This document shows, in pieces, positions 13,134 through 26,437 of a stretch of 64,000 nt of DNA. This DNA is from Phoronis australis (taxonomy: Eukaryota; Animalia; Phoronida), in contig NMRA01000008.1 in NCBI GenBank assembly GCA_002633005.1, positions 626,985 through 690,984 of the forward strand, written 5' to 3'. Position numbers and translations under genes: made by a program. The notes beneath the pieces are model-generated. The model was not told the origin of the DNA, ran no database searches, and saw only the letters and a list, made by a program, of their open reading frames with translations. The stretch's first letter is position 1, and each line of letters opens with the position of its first letter.

Positions 13134-16100
13134 CCACGCTTTGGTCGAACATTTGGGTAATTCATGAACTGCTAGTTTGCCGCGTAATCAGCCGATGGCC
13201 GCGATAACTGCCGTGCGAACTTCTGTTAAACTGTATTTCATGAAGAATATTATCCAGCTTCTGAACACAAACATTATTTACGTACACAGATCAGTGATAC
13301 AAGAATAAGTTACTTTTCTACAGACCATCAAAATACCTCGGTGACTATTAGAAGGCAGAAAACAAACAGCGCGTCGGATTCGGTGGCAATTACGCGGCAC
13401 TAAATTAACTTTTAATTCACTCAATTAAAGTTCTAAGCAGTTGGATTGTTATTCGACGAAGGCAGTTAGAACTGGTTAAACACTGTCACCCCAGCTAACG
13501 GGCATTAGCCATGTGGCGAAATGGTACCAAAGCTCTACTTGTTTTGCGGCTAATGTAACGGTAAATAACCAATGCACTGGAGTGGGACTGTTTTAAATAT
13601 CACGACACGAATTAGGGAACTAATGATAATTGATGGGCCGCCACACACCGACATTACACTCCTGAGACGACGTGGGCCTTGAAGGGCCATTATTGGTTTT
13701 ACGGCCGAAAAACGCATTTTTTAGATCGCTGCTAGACGAGAGTGACCCAGAGTTATAAAACGACAACACCCTTTGTGTGTTTGCGATTTTATTTCCTAAA
13801 TTTTTTCCGTTGTTTGACACACATTCGCTGAAATCAAGGCGGGTAAATACGCTAAAAATATAATGCAAATTATCGAGTGAGGTTTAATCTCGGAGACAGC
13901 GTTAGACTGCGACTGTGAAGCTTGCAGGTTCGATGCCGCGTAGGGGCTAATCTCAGAAAATAACTTTTGTAGCCCATAATGTATCCCGTAAACAAACAAA
14001 AATTACGCCAAACAAGGAGCAACCGTTCAGTTTGAAACCTTTGCTTTTCTTAGTACGACATGCTAGTTAGGCAATAAAAACACACGGTGATCTAAAATGA
14101 AACGAATCAAACTTTATGAATCATTACAACAACCTTTTACAAATTTTAAATTACTATTGACATCATGGTGGGCTCGAATTTTTGGTTTTGATGCACTGGG
14201 CAATGTCACGTGCATCTTTTCCCAGAAACACAATAATGAAGAGTTCAGGAACATTAGTATGCGTGTGTAGGCCCGCTGTTTGAGCATAAAATTATAGGTT
14301 GTGATTTTCAATTCATAACCATTATGATCAATAACAGAAATGTATTAACATTTTAATACCTGCATGGTTACAATGGCTGCCTCTTAATCGCGTTAATAAT
14401 AAAATAAAATGTAGGAGTATTATGTGCAAGCACTTATCTCCTCTAGGAATGCGGGCAAAATTTGCACGTGACAAACTTTTCGCTCAAGTCGTGGAGTGAA
14501 AAATATTACATTACAATCATATGTACAGCCGTGTCCGCATCATCTTTGCTGGAGAAAAGCTAGATCACGTAAAATCACTCGACCGAAAAACGAGCGTTTA
14601 CCAAGCAATTTCGGGACCTTATTCCTACAGTCACTAGCAAAATGGCAGCTACTGAGTCGGAATGGCTACTGGCCAAATACATTTGCCAGACGAGAAACGT
14701 TCGGTGAATTTTCCGATAATTTAACGTTCCAGCCTGGCTATGAGGCATTCATTTTGGCAATGTAGGTGAGTAAGGTCCCGAGTATTACTCATGGAATACT
14801 TGCTTTTCACTCAAATGATTTTACGTATTCCTAAGTAACCTTTCCAAACTTGCAAAAGTGTTGCATCTGCGTAACGCGTCCCTGACTACACTCCGCGTGT
14901 GACGCTGTTCTTATTGATAAATTCACAGCACGTGATCGGCAGTATTACTGCGCATGTTTTAAGTACATGCAGTTAATTTAAACTTGACAGTAACGTCGAG
15001 TTTGTTTACAGATTTATCGCTCATCAGCCGTAGAATCTTGTTAACAAATTATTTCAAATTTCAACACATCTGAGATAATATAAATATGGTGACGATTTGT
15101 GTACCTTTAAGAGAGTTCGTGACAGCTGCAAGCAAGCACTGAGTCTACGTACGTCCTTGATCGTTCCAAAGGGTCACTACAAAAGTACTGCTGTTTTTGC
15201 AAGTAAAATTCCTAAAAGCTTTCATAGCCATTGTTTCTCCATTACCAAAGTTACCGAAATCCCCAAAATAGACTGAAAATGATCGATCATTCTAGTTATT
15301 TGTTGCTCCTTTTCCTATAGTCTTGCCCAGCTTCTTAGGCCAAGGAGCAACCTACTGGATGGCACTGTTACACGTCTACAACATATACGTGCAGTGCATT
15401 GCAACAAATGGAAATGTCTGTCCGTTTTCTTAAAGGAGACTGGCAAACTACACGAAGAACCATAACTGGACTCTCGTGCTTATTTAGCTCAGGTGTTTTG
15501 TGCAATGGGCCCAACCATGAGACATGCGCACGTCTGATGCACTGCAAATGACATCAGAACACCTGCACTGTTTTTTTATTTGTTGAGGTCCCACTCGGTA
15601 ATATTAACCTTGTTGATCTTGTTTAATCCAAAATTTATTTAATCTAAAATTTAATTGTGACTTTATCCCATGCGAACCATTATTGCATACAAGTTCAAAT
15701 CCTTGTAACAAAGTAGCAAAACTGAATTTTTAATGTTATCAGAAAGACTATTCAATGAGTTTGTATTGGTGATCATATACAAAAATAGATTATTAATTAA
15801 TTACCGTGTAATCACACACATATATTTCTGTGTCATATATCAGGCGAATACGAGGTCACGTCAACGTTTCTAAAAATTCAGCTATGCTTAAAAAAGCACC
15901 TTACTTGTGTCGCCATTTTTTCTTTGTCAGCTGTCAACACATTCGTACCGAATGTTTTAGCGTATTACAACCTTAATTGGTTACTTTAACCCCAACCTGT
16001 GAAATCTCTGGCTATTTGTTTAGACAAAATGAGTTCTTTTACTGGTGAAAAACTGCTTCGAAGGATATATCTGTCATCAAATTGTATTTAAGTTTCAAAC

Positions 16101-17824
16101 AATTTAGTTTTCGTTAAACAAATTGTTGATAATCCTTGAGAAAATAAACATTTAACTTCGTGTGGTCGAGAAAGATTGCAGTCTCTGTCACATAATTACA
16201 AATACTCCGAGTCTAGAGATTCGGACATTTACTCCAACACTATGCGATTATTCGTTTAGCGGAATTCAAGGAAACTGATTGTCTTTATCAAAGCATCTTT
16301 TCTAGTTTGCGTAGGAAACACGCACAGTGTTTAAAGAATCTGAAAACCATGCAACAAAACAATGGTTATCACCAGTCGAACCGCGTGGTTTGGCTTTAGT
16401 TCGAATGTACCTCGCGAAGGTGGTCGAATTCCACCACGCGCACACAATTATGTAAACCAGCTCACACTCAGCGTGCAATTCAAATTTAATTACCGTGTAC
16501 TAATTAAAAACATTACCTGGCTCATGAGTACTTACCTTTTACACAAAACGGTGAGTGCGAAACCATTCCAAGACTACCGCTCACGCGCCAAATCGAGCCG
16601 GTACATGTTGGAATTATATTCATGTCCATAATTTTAGCAATATCTTTAGTGTTATATCTGCCAGTTTTTGATATTATACACATCTGAGTTGTCTATTTTA
16701 AAACAACCTCAAGTCCTCGTATAATTACAATATATTACTATAATTTGTTGTAATTGTAAATAAAGCTTAGAAAAGCATTATTACATTTTCCAAATAGTCC
16801 TTCGGTCATGGGTGAGAATTCGTGCCGACCTTGTTTTTTGCAAAGACGAAATCTATTATTACCCATCATTACCAAAGAGCCAGACGCGCAAATGGCGGTT
16901 GGTGTTTAACAGGAATGCAAAATGGCTTTAGAAAGGAACAAGGTCTTTATAGATAACAGCAGTCACAAAATTGCATTCGAGGTAAAAACGTGTATGCGTA
17001 AAATTGAACCGAGCAGGTCTCAAAGGAATGAAATTTTATTTTTTTCTTGCGCGGGTTGATCACTAATACCTTCAACAAAGGCAACATGCAGAGAAGAATA
17101 AAAATATGCAAACTAGTAATTTCCAAAAGTAAATGATAAAGCACTAGGAATGTCACACTACCCCCAGATATTAATTTGAAATTTTAATGTTATCGTTGTC
17201 TATTAGCATAAACCATTGCAGTTGGTTTATTCGCGTTATACGGGAATCTATTAATCTAATTTAGGTTAAAGGTAATTTGTTCAATATTAATTGCCTATAG
17301 CGGTCGTGGTACCGGTACCAGAGTGCAACCATAGAATTACTTATAGCGTCATTTGCTTAACAGACTTGTCGCTTTCAGGGACGACAATAGCATGTCGATT
17401 TCATGCGGGTAAAATTGATGATAAGCTATTAGTTTTGATATAGCTATCATTAGCATTAAAATGCAATATAAGTCCAAAAACAGGTGATTTTTCTCTTTAA
17501 TCAGGCCGCTGAAGGATTGTTCACGTTGTTTTCGAATGATTACATGTGGTAAGTCACACCTTGGTTTTAAAACAAAGATGAAACCAAGGTCAAGTCGCAA
17601 GTGTTATTCAGTTAATTTTAAAGTTGCTCAAGTCCAAACACAGTATGCGGAGCCTATTCGTTAATAAATGTTTTAGTATAAACATAAAAGAAATGCCTTC
17701 TCCACTGTCACGCGCTCCAAATCCAGTGCATTGTTTTTATTTGTTTCACAGCCGGCAACAGGTGTACGGCAGTCATTCCGAGTATGTGCTCGCACGGCGC
17801 TACGTAAAAATAGAAACAACTCAC

Positions 17825-18272
17825 CTCCAAACCTGTGACTCAGATAATTTGTGGCGTGTCGCGACATCAACCACGGATACAACGGGAAGGGGTCACGATG
17901 GGCGCCTCCCAAAAGCATGGGGTGAAGAGGGGAGGCTGAATGTCCCGGCAAAGTCTGTGGAAGTGTACCTGCGAAAGCAGGATTCAGTCCTAAGTGTCCA
18001 AACCCGCCAAACATCGCTCCGCTGGCTCCAAACGCGTCCGCGTACGGCTGGACGTCCGGAGTGGTTCCGTATAAAGTCTTAATTCTTTGAAGCCAGGCAG
18101 CTGCATCTCCGACAGGCTGGAAGCCTCTGGCAACATCGGGCTCCCTTGATGGGACCCTCAAAGTCGAATGATCCACGTGAGCCTGCGTAGGGGACGTGCC
18201 ACAATCTTTGCTCATTAACGAGTCGATGGTAAAGGCGTTGGATCTTTTGGAGCTTTGTGTGACTGGCATCAT
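17825..18272 (-). CDS. Emx: Emx/empty spiracles homeobox protein, coding exon 1 of 3
   Basis: First ATG (18272) after an in-frame TGA. Encodes MMPVTQSSKRSNAFTIDSLMS (eh1 Groucho-binding motif FTIDSLM) through RDPFPLYPWLMSRH (YPW hexapeptide-like motif typical of Emx). Donor GGAG|GTGAGT at 17825/17824, phase 1. Confidence 0.93.
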
Positions 18273-18479
18273 GGCGTCAACCGATGGCGAGTTCTCTAGT
18301 TTACTCAACAAATGTCAAACGCTGTCTTTACTGGTGTCTATTTTGGCCTTTATGCCAAAGTATCTCGTCCGTGTAAACCTACTGTGCTTTATCGTCTGCA
18401 AATCAACATGTAAACGGCTAAAACTTTCACGAGGAATTTGACAGCACCCAGCTGCTAAGAACCAACTTCCACTGTGGTT

Positions 18480-18800
18480 GTCTCCTTATACTACAGGTAG
18501 CGTATTTCTCTTATGTAGCTCTGCAGCAGCGCCCGCAAGACCACACTTCGATGAAACTAATTGTTATAACCATCATTACTACGCTTATAACCATCATACG
18601 ATTGGTTGAAAGCGCAACCCCTTTAGCGATCTGATTGGATTATAATACTGTTGAAAGTTATTTCCTATATCATTGAAGGCTAATGGGATTAAATCGTTAC
18701 AAACGCTGATGGGAGTGGCTCCAGATTTGATTGACAACTCTTCCGCTTGGATTGATTTGAGTTGGCGTATCAGCTTCTGTGTATAACAGTAATCCATAAT
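18480..18800 (-). promoter_or_regulatory. Probable Emx proximal promoter
   Basis: TATAAG on the minus strand at 18490-18485 and 18589-18584. CCAAT boxes (ATTGG on +) at 18601 and 18634. TAATCC/GGATTA at 18637, 18686 and 18790. TGATTGACA at 18728. Lies 210-530 bp upstream of the ATG; the TSS was not determined. Confidence 0.5.
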
Positions 18801-19584
18801 ATTTAGTTTGTCGTTAATAATTAAGCCGATTATACTACACCTTCAGTATATGAACTCCTAGCGCCTTGCATCAACGAGAAATTTTGTAAGTCGAAATCCC
18901 CGAGAATAAATGAATGTTTGAACACAATGATTTTTAGTCAACATAAAGGTAGGCATAGTTAAACACTATTTACTATTCTTTACGTGAACAGTGAAATATT
19001 CTCGAACTACAGTTGAGCAGGGGTAACAGAAAACGTGTACTGAATCGTTCCTGTTTTCGATTGCAGTTGATTATGTAGTTGCCAACGGGTTAACCAAACA
19101 AATCCCCAAAAATGATAATCAGGCACTGACAGCCGACAGCTCAACCCATTCTCATGATATCCGACATAACGTGCATAGAAATAAACCAAAGGGTCTTATC
19201 CAATCTTAAACTTAACAACTAGTCGCTAAAGTTAACAGTGACTGTTAATACTCGGTTATGTGCGGAAAGAATGTTTTGTTTTTGTCATTTCGCAAGTTTT
19301 TACTCACATCAAATTTGTTTAGAAAGACAATAGTCTCAAGAGATTCACAGTTGAGGGCCGATAACAAAGTGAACCAAGTCACTCTCATCAACAGGTGACT
19401 CAATCATAGTTTTTATACCACAATTTCCATCATTACTGAGAGAACCGTCGGTGTCAATTTAGCTTTTTTTCCCGACAAAAACACTCCTTTATGGTTTAGA
19501 CCACTTATCATTAAAACGGTGTCAACTTGTTCTTTGCGCAGGTTAGAAGTGACTTTGGGATTAGGATGAAGCGACAACTCGTTG

Positions 19585-19748
19585 CAAGGGCGGATCCAGG
19601 ATTTTGAGTTGGGGGGGGGGGGCAGGGCAGAGTACTAGCCAGAATTTTGCCCGTCAGACATTCGCATCCTCGAACTGCCAAATGGAATCTAGGATAATTT
19701 TAGGGGGAGGGGCATGGCCCCCTTGGCCCCACTCTAAATCCGCCACTG
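19585..19748. mobile_element. GGCGGATC-type MITE (family B)
   Basis: CAAGGGCGGATCCAGGATTTTGAGTTGGGGG...GGGGCATGGCCCC...CTAAATCCGCCACTG, homologous to 26284-26437. Confidence 0.8.
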
Positions 19749-22700
19749 CGTTAGTGTCTGAGACCAGGATAAAAATTAGCTTCATCTGTCTGTTTTTTTT
19801 TTTAATCGAGCATGATCTCAAACAGTTGCCAAGTGATAAGTCTCTCATCAGTTCGAAAATCACGTCTAATCTGAATGGGGTACAAGTCGAGCCTAAAACG
19901 ACAAATCACGTGAACTACTTCAAAGTAACTAGCCCCCCACATTTTTGCTAATCGGCTATCAAAACCGCGTTCCTTTCAGGCGGCGAACTTTTAATTTATA
20001 CCACTTACAATTATGAAATTGGTTTCTGCTTTTGCAGAGCACTGGCAGTTCAATAGTTGTTGAGACCGTGCTGGGCATAAAAATGACAAGCACAAACGAA
20101 ATGTCAGTTCTTTCTCGATGTTCCAATAACAAGGGCGGATCCAAGATTTTTTACAGGGGAGTCGAATCAAAGATTTTTAAAAAGGGAGTGCAAGTCAAGT
20201 TGCTTTTTGCAAAGGAGGAAGAGCTAATAGCCGTTTCAAACTGAATATTCCCGTCTTCACGAAAACAGTTTAATTTGTATTCGTTCAAAAGTAGTGATAT
20301 CAGTTAGTAACTCCAAACGCATAAAAATCACATCTAGCGTATTGTTCTCGACCAGGAAATACTCTGAAAACTGTAAGTAAATACTCTCCACAAAACGCAT
20401 TTGCAAATGTTAAAATCGACTAGACAAGTGAAATGACACTTACTTTTGACGTGATTCAGCCGATTATGTTTGTTTAAAAAGTTAATTTGATGAAGAAACA
20501 TTAAACTAAACTGTTTACACGAAGCGTGATGAACCCCGTCTAAGCAATGTAAGTGTCTAAACATTACAGCGGAATAGAATTTACTACTTGGTAATATACC
20601 GACGGGCTCTCACGTGTTGATGATCCGTTTGCAAACATAGAAATATGCGGGAATATAAGCAGTTCCACCCGTATTAAACATGCTGGGTTATGCAGTTTAT
20701 GGACGCATTCTCTTTATATTTAGGCGCCCACTTAATACATTGGCGGATTTGAGGGAGGGGAGAGCAGGCCCTCCATTCCGGACACATCCAAAAAATGCCG
20801 CCGGGAAGACGACTTTGGTGGTTGGTCCTCCCTATAAATACGTCAGTGAACTAACAGTGCGTACATAGTTTGTACCTTTATGTAATGAATTTAGCACAAG
20901 AATTGAATACTCACTTACTCAATGACATAATACAGTTAGTTAAAAACGGAAAGGAGGGGCACATTTTAAGACAATTTTATTGAAACGTGTAATATTCCCA
21001 AACACTAATTATTCATTAACGAACAAAATTCTCGAAATTCTCATGACAATTGCAAGACAGGTGAGGAAAGTCAGTTATTTACGTTTGCAAAGTCAGGATT
21101 GTGTCGCGGATATAACACAACAGGTCTGGACAAAATGACAACTTAATTCAGAAACATTCCATTGACTTTCATTTACAATGTTTTCCTAACCCAAAACTCG
21201 GCCACCAGTCTTATGCTGACTTGGAAATAAAGCAAATCGCGACAATGGATGTCGAAATGTGTATCTTATCAAGTAATCTTCAGCGCCTCTCTCCCTGTAC
21301 TCTGGGACATTCTTCGCGCGCGGAGCCAATTCTATTTCTGCTATCTCATATCTGCCATGCATTCCTGTCCTAATATATCGATTGACATGGCAAATTGCGC
21401 TCTAATTGCCCAATGGCTGGCTAGCATACCTCCGCGCTGGTGGTATCCAGACCCCTAATGATGATGAGCGAAGATAACGCCATTTTCACAAAAGAACTGG
21501 GTAATATACACTGACTGAACGTTCAATTCATCGAATGTTTTCGTTTCATTCGTCTTTCTGTCGGATGAAGAGACTTCTAAGGATGAGTCATACTAACGTG
21601 TTTCGAAAATCTGATAAATGATTATTGCTTAAATAACTTTTAGAGGAGGAATTTGTGACCCCATTTTCGAAAACGTTTAATTATGATTATCTGCATCAGC
21701 CTGAAATTATTGGCTATAGTTGATTAAGTCGCACGCATTCGAATTATTTTGGAGGGATCGTTGTTAATGAAATCATGCAAATACTTGTCTTAAAATATAG
21801 ATAGGGAAAATCAGCTCATTTTCCGCATTTCTGGTATTTTTTGCTTCAACTTTATTTAATTTAGTTGTATGTTAATCTTTTGTGGAAGATAAAAAATGGA
21901 CTTTGGACATTACAAAATGAAAATAACATTTGTCGTATTGCGGATACAAGTTCTATTATGAACGTTTTTGTGTGTCAATGAAGGGAAAGAACATTTTTAT
22001 ATAACGTAACAAGAGGTGAACTTCTTGTCGGTGAATTGTACGAGATACGCGTATTAGATAGGACGCACGTCTGTATAAACCCCACAGACGTGTAAAAACT
22101 CACTGATTAAAGACGGTAGCTTAGGTGGTAAGGTAAACATCTACCATTTCACGCCTCTCATCTCCAAACATAACGATCATTGTGGGGTGTTGATTATATA
22201 CCTGACTCTATCACTTAAAATCAGGATGAATTCTAAATACGCCTCGAACACAATAAAAGTGGTGTGTCTTTTCGCGCGACGCTCTTTCAAATTCACTCCT
22301 TGGAAAATGTAATTATCAATCCTGAACAACAGCCTAAAACCCTTAAGTAATTGTTGCCATATACCAGCCATTGAATGTGGAATTTGAGCCAATTTCTTGC
22401 CTCACATATCGCCGATTGTAATGAAGATAAGACGACACTGGCTCAGCGACGTGTATTCATTGTAACAATAGCGTGCGTTTGTAACCGAATGCCTTTGTCA
22501 GCCAACGTATTTTTGCAATGAAAATGAATCAATAACGCATACAAGCCTTACTTGGTTGAAATCTGAAACGAAATGGTTGGATTTATTTAACAACATTGTA
22601 AGTGTGTTTATTAAACGTTTATCGTAAAAGAAATTAATAACTATAACAAATGGCTCAGAGCATATCGCTAAATCAGCTAACAAGAGCGGATTAATAATAT

Positions 22701-25700
22701 TTGAAATAATATCATTATTCTCTTTCAGGTCTCAGCTCTAAGCACTTCCAGGCATTTCACGCGCTGATAAACCCACTCTCCGCCAAAAAAGAAATTCTTC
22801 GATTAAGACTACTAACCGCTATAAAATTGGTCTCAATTTGTTGAATGAGAAGTGATTTCTGTGTTTGCTAAGAACTGACAGATCGCTATTCCTGAAGACC
22901 GCATTAAATGACACGCCGTGACAAACCAGCATTTAAAGATTTGTCTCGGCAATAACGAACTGCCGGTTCTTTCGAAGCACTGAATATCCATTTGACAAAG
23001 GAACAATTTGAGACCAATGTCGCAACGGTATATGACTTAAATCAAATGTTGTTTTTTGTGAATTAAGGCGGGATTTTATCCGCTTCAAGAAAAAACGAGT
23101 AACAGGTTTGTCAAATCCGGTTAGCCAAGCATGACAGCACAGGGCACTATGTCATGAAAAACGAATTAGGACTTAAGTCAGAAATTTAAGCTCCACCCAA
23201 CAATTCTAAAAAGGAATTAAATCGCATTTAAGCAAACTTGAAAGTGTAAAGACTCTGACATTACACAAATAACTGATAGTGACTAAAATAGTTCACAAAA
23301 TTTATTTCTAGACTTCTATGCACTCGTAATTACTTAGCTAAACCTTTTAAGGTTTAATTAAAATCAGCTTGTATGAAGTGGGAGTAAGACAGAATTTCTG
23401 TCTTATGTTTTAATCCATCTTTCATGACACAGACCGCTGAAAGATCGTGAAGTAAAAAGAGGACAATATCCCCGTATTATGTACCAACGTAAGAACTGCA
23501 GAACATGTACATAGTCATGTAAATAAGTAATCCTGCAGGCACACGTGCCCTTTCCCTGTCGACAACAATTGAAAAAGTAGGCCTTAGGCTATTACCCAGC
23601 TCGAAAGTCGGCAATGAATGATCAGGTGCTTCAAATTATGTGTGTCGAAACTTTTAACCTCTTCATCCGTGCCAGCATTGTTGGTTCGATGATTTTTGTG
23701 CAAGTTATAGTAGAAGTTCTACTTCTCGACTATTAGTTATGTTAGGCGTGACTATTAGCCTACAGGCTTACATGAGTAGATAAAACGTTGGCAGTTTCAG
23801 TGGCTGAAAGGGCTAGTGGAAACGCTTACCTTTTACACAGACAGCGGAGCTGTTCGTGAGGGGGTCATTTTCGCCAAGACTTACTTTGTTTCCCCATCAC
23901 TCGAGTAGCTTTTCATCGAAATTTGTATATAAAAGCACTGCCATATATTTATTGATGCAACCGTAAGTAAGAGCCTCTTACCCTTGCACATGTGCGCCCT
24001 TGGAAGTAAACGATCTCGATACAAAAAGCGATGGCAAAAACGCCAACAGTGTCGTGGTATCTCAAACTGAGAGCAAAGCGCCAAGAAAAAAAAGACACTT
24101 GTATCCGTTCACATTACTGGAGTTTTTGTTACCAACGTATTCAGCCCTCACATACACCGGTCACAAACTGTCAAAAACGTCAGCGTATCAGCCATTTTGT
24201 GAACAGGGCATGCGAGTGATCGTGAGATCATTCGATGCACATTTGGTCGAATGTTCGGAAATTCAACTATTCGGGGTTAAACGCAACTTACACTAGATCG
24301 ATAATTTCGAGTGTTCACCCTAACACTGAGTCTTAGTTCGAGTTGTTGTGTATAGCGAGATGCACAAAGTTGAATGACTTTAAAAAGAGTGTGATAACAC
24401 ACAAACAATAACTTCTTATAACCTTTTTGAATCCACGTTTTTTCGCTCAGTGTGTCATATAAAATCATGCAGATAAATGTGTGGCTTAATGTCCATCATC
24501 TTACAGAGTGTTTCGTTCCGTGGACTTGATAACCAAAGAAGAATAGCTCGACCTGTGAAGTTTGTATATTTTAGTAATTTGAGATACGATCGAAATATCC
24601 TTTCCTGGGTCTGTCTCATGGTAAGTTTCATTCATCCAGTTCGCAATACGTCTAAACTGACATTCTCTTAGAATACAAGTGCGTTTATGTATACAATAAT
24701 AGAAAAGTAATAAAATAGATCGTTGATTGCTTCAAAATATTTACATTGCTTTGATCTTTCTAATAATTTATATTATTAAAAGCTGAAATGTGTTTAATAA
24801 ATCCAACCTATTTACAGTGAACAATAGAAACACAAACAGAGATTTGCGGATAATTTTCCAATTCAATGTTCGTAATTGTTTTGTGTACACATTTTCTGCT
24901 GTAAATCACCTGAATGGTTTTATTTCTAAACAAACGCATTAATATTTTTCGGTAACAAGAGTAGCGAAGTCTCCTTGTCGCCTAAGTTGTTATGAAAGAA
25001 AACTTGGCTCGCGTTCTGCATTCATAGCACGCGCACCCTGCTTCACCCGAACATGTCGATGAATGAAAACATAACCACAATTTATACGTTTAATTTGCAA
25101 CTTGTTGCTTTTCCACGTGGTTTACATAGGGGTCAACTTTCTATGGGAATTGTGCGAATGAATGGGTCCAGCTAAAGGTAGGGTTTTGTGTGTTAAACTT
25201 ACTAGGAATAAATTAGTGATTCTGTTTATTTGAATGTAGCACAACAAGTGAATTTTTCACTGTGCGCCGAACCTATTACCAACCATTATAAGTCAACTAT
25301 ACAATCAAAGTTTGCTTCCCCTCTCTGCTTTATAGAACACGTTAGAGACCCCGTAAACACAATTTGCTGGTCTATTAAACATGACTAATGCGAGAACTTT
25401 TGCACTGAAAACACAAACTCACATCTCAGCTCTTTACAAGTATTCAGGCAAGGTCAAGTTAGAAACTGATTTCTGAATACACAAACGATTATCGTCCTCT
25501 CTTGCCCTCACATGAATGTGCGTAAAGCTTGAAACGATTCGCTCAACAATTAATCACATGGAATGGTCACCCATCCATAATTGTGAAACACGATAGTTTA
25601 AGGGTGTCGTAGTGCATATGAGCAGATGATGAGATGTTGACGACCAAATTAGTTTAAAATCACATCCGCAGCGTCAAATGAGTCCCCAGCGTCGCCAGGT

Positions 25701-26283
25701 AGGATGTTTATATTAGGGGCAATTTCAAGCTAACAGTGGATAAATTTGTATATTTGGTAAATAAATGAATTTTATTTTCACTAAATTGACATCAACGTAT
25801 GATGGTGGCGAGGCAGATGTAGCAAACTACTTATTTAAGTAGATTAGTGGGGCTCAATCCGGGATTAATAGACTATTTATCAAGGCCGGTTGTATGTGAC
25901 AACCGACCAGTGCTGCGGCAGTTTTATTTCACACACCTGCTGATCAGGATTTGACAGGTATAAGCGACGTATGTCAACCCGTTTGAAAGTGAATAAAATA
26001 GATTAAAGGAGACGGAAGGTGTAGCAAGGTATATGGAAAAACAACTTGAATAAATTGTGTGAAATTTATTTCGATTAGGCTAACGTGTACACAATAGGGA
26101 ATATGGCCAATTTTGAAGCGGTACTGAGAGGTTTTTTGAAAAGGGTAACAAATCCGTGCCTTCTGTCAATACCCAACTTTTGATTGACGCCACTTGCTGC
26201 CATAAACTCGTTCTCAGCTTAAGAAATAGTTCCTAGGCTTCAGAAGAACTGAGAGATCGTTATTGCTGACCACATAGTTTGTG

Positions 26284-26437
26284 TGGGGCGGATCTAGGAT
26301 TTTGAGTTAGGGGGAGCCAGGGAAGAGCATTAGCCAGGATTTTGCCCGCCAGATATTCGCACCCCGAACAGCCAAATAGAATCTGGGAGAATTTTAGGGG
26401 GGGCATGGCCCCTTGCCCCCCTCTAAATTCGCCACTG
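26284..26437. mobile_element. GGCGGATC-type MITE (family B)
   Basis: GGGGCGGATCTAGGATTTTGAGTTAGGGG...TAGCCAGGATTTTGCCCGCCAGATATTCGCA...GGGCATGGCCCC...CTAAATTCGCCACTG. Confidence 0.8.

Noticed and set aside
14560-14772. YY1-like AAAATGGC plus AG|GTGAGT donor on the + strand as an antisense (EMX2OS-like) exon
   Set aside because: Both short motifs are expected by chance in 64 kb and no partner exon could be supported.
17624-18082. 152-aa plus-strand ORF
   Set aside because: Antisense shadow of the GC-rich Emx exon 1, with a non-ATG start and no recognisable domain.
18273-18311. N-terminal extension MLSKLENSPSVDA of the Emx ORF, and the read-through after 17825
   Set aside because: The ORF finder used a TTG start and ran past the GTGAGT donor. 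The eukaryotic model starts at ATG 18272.
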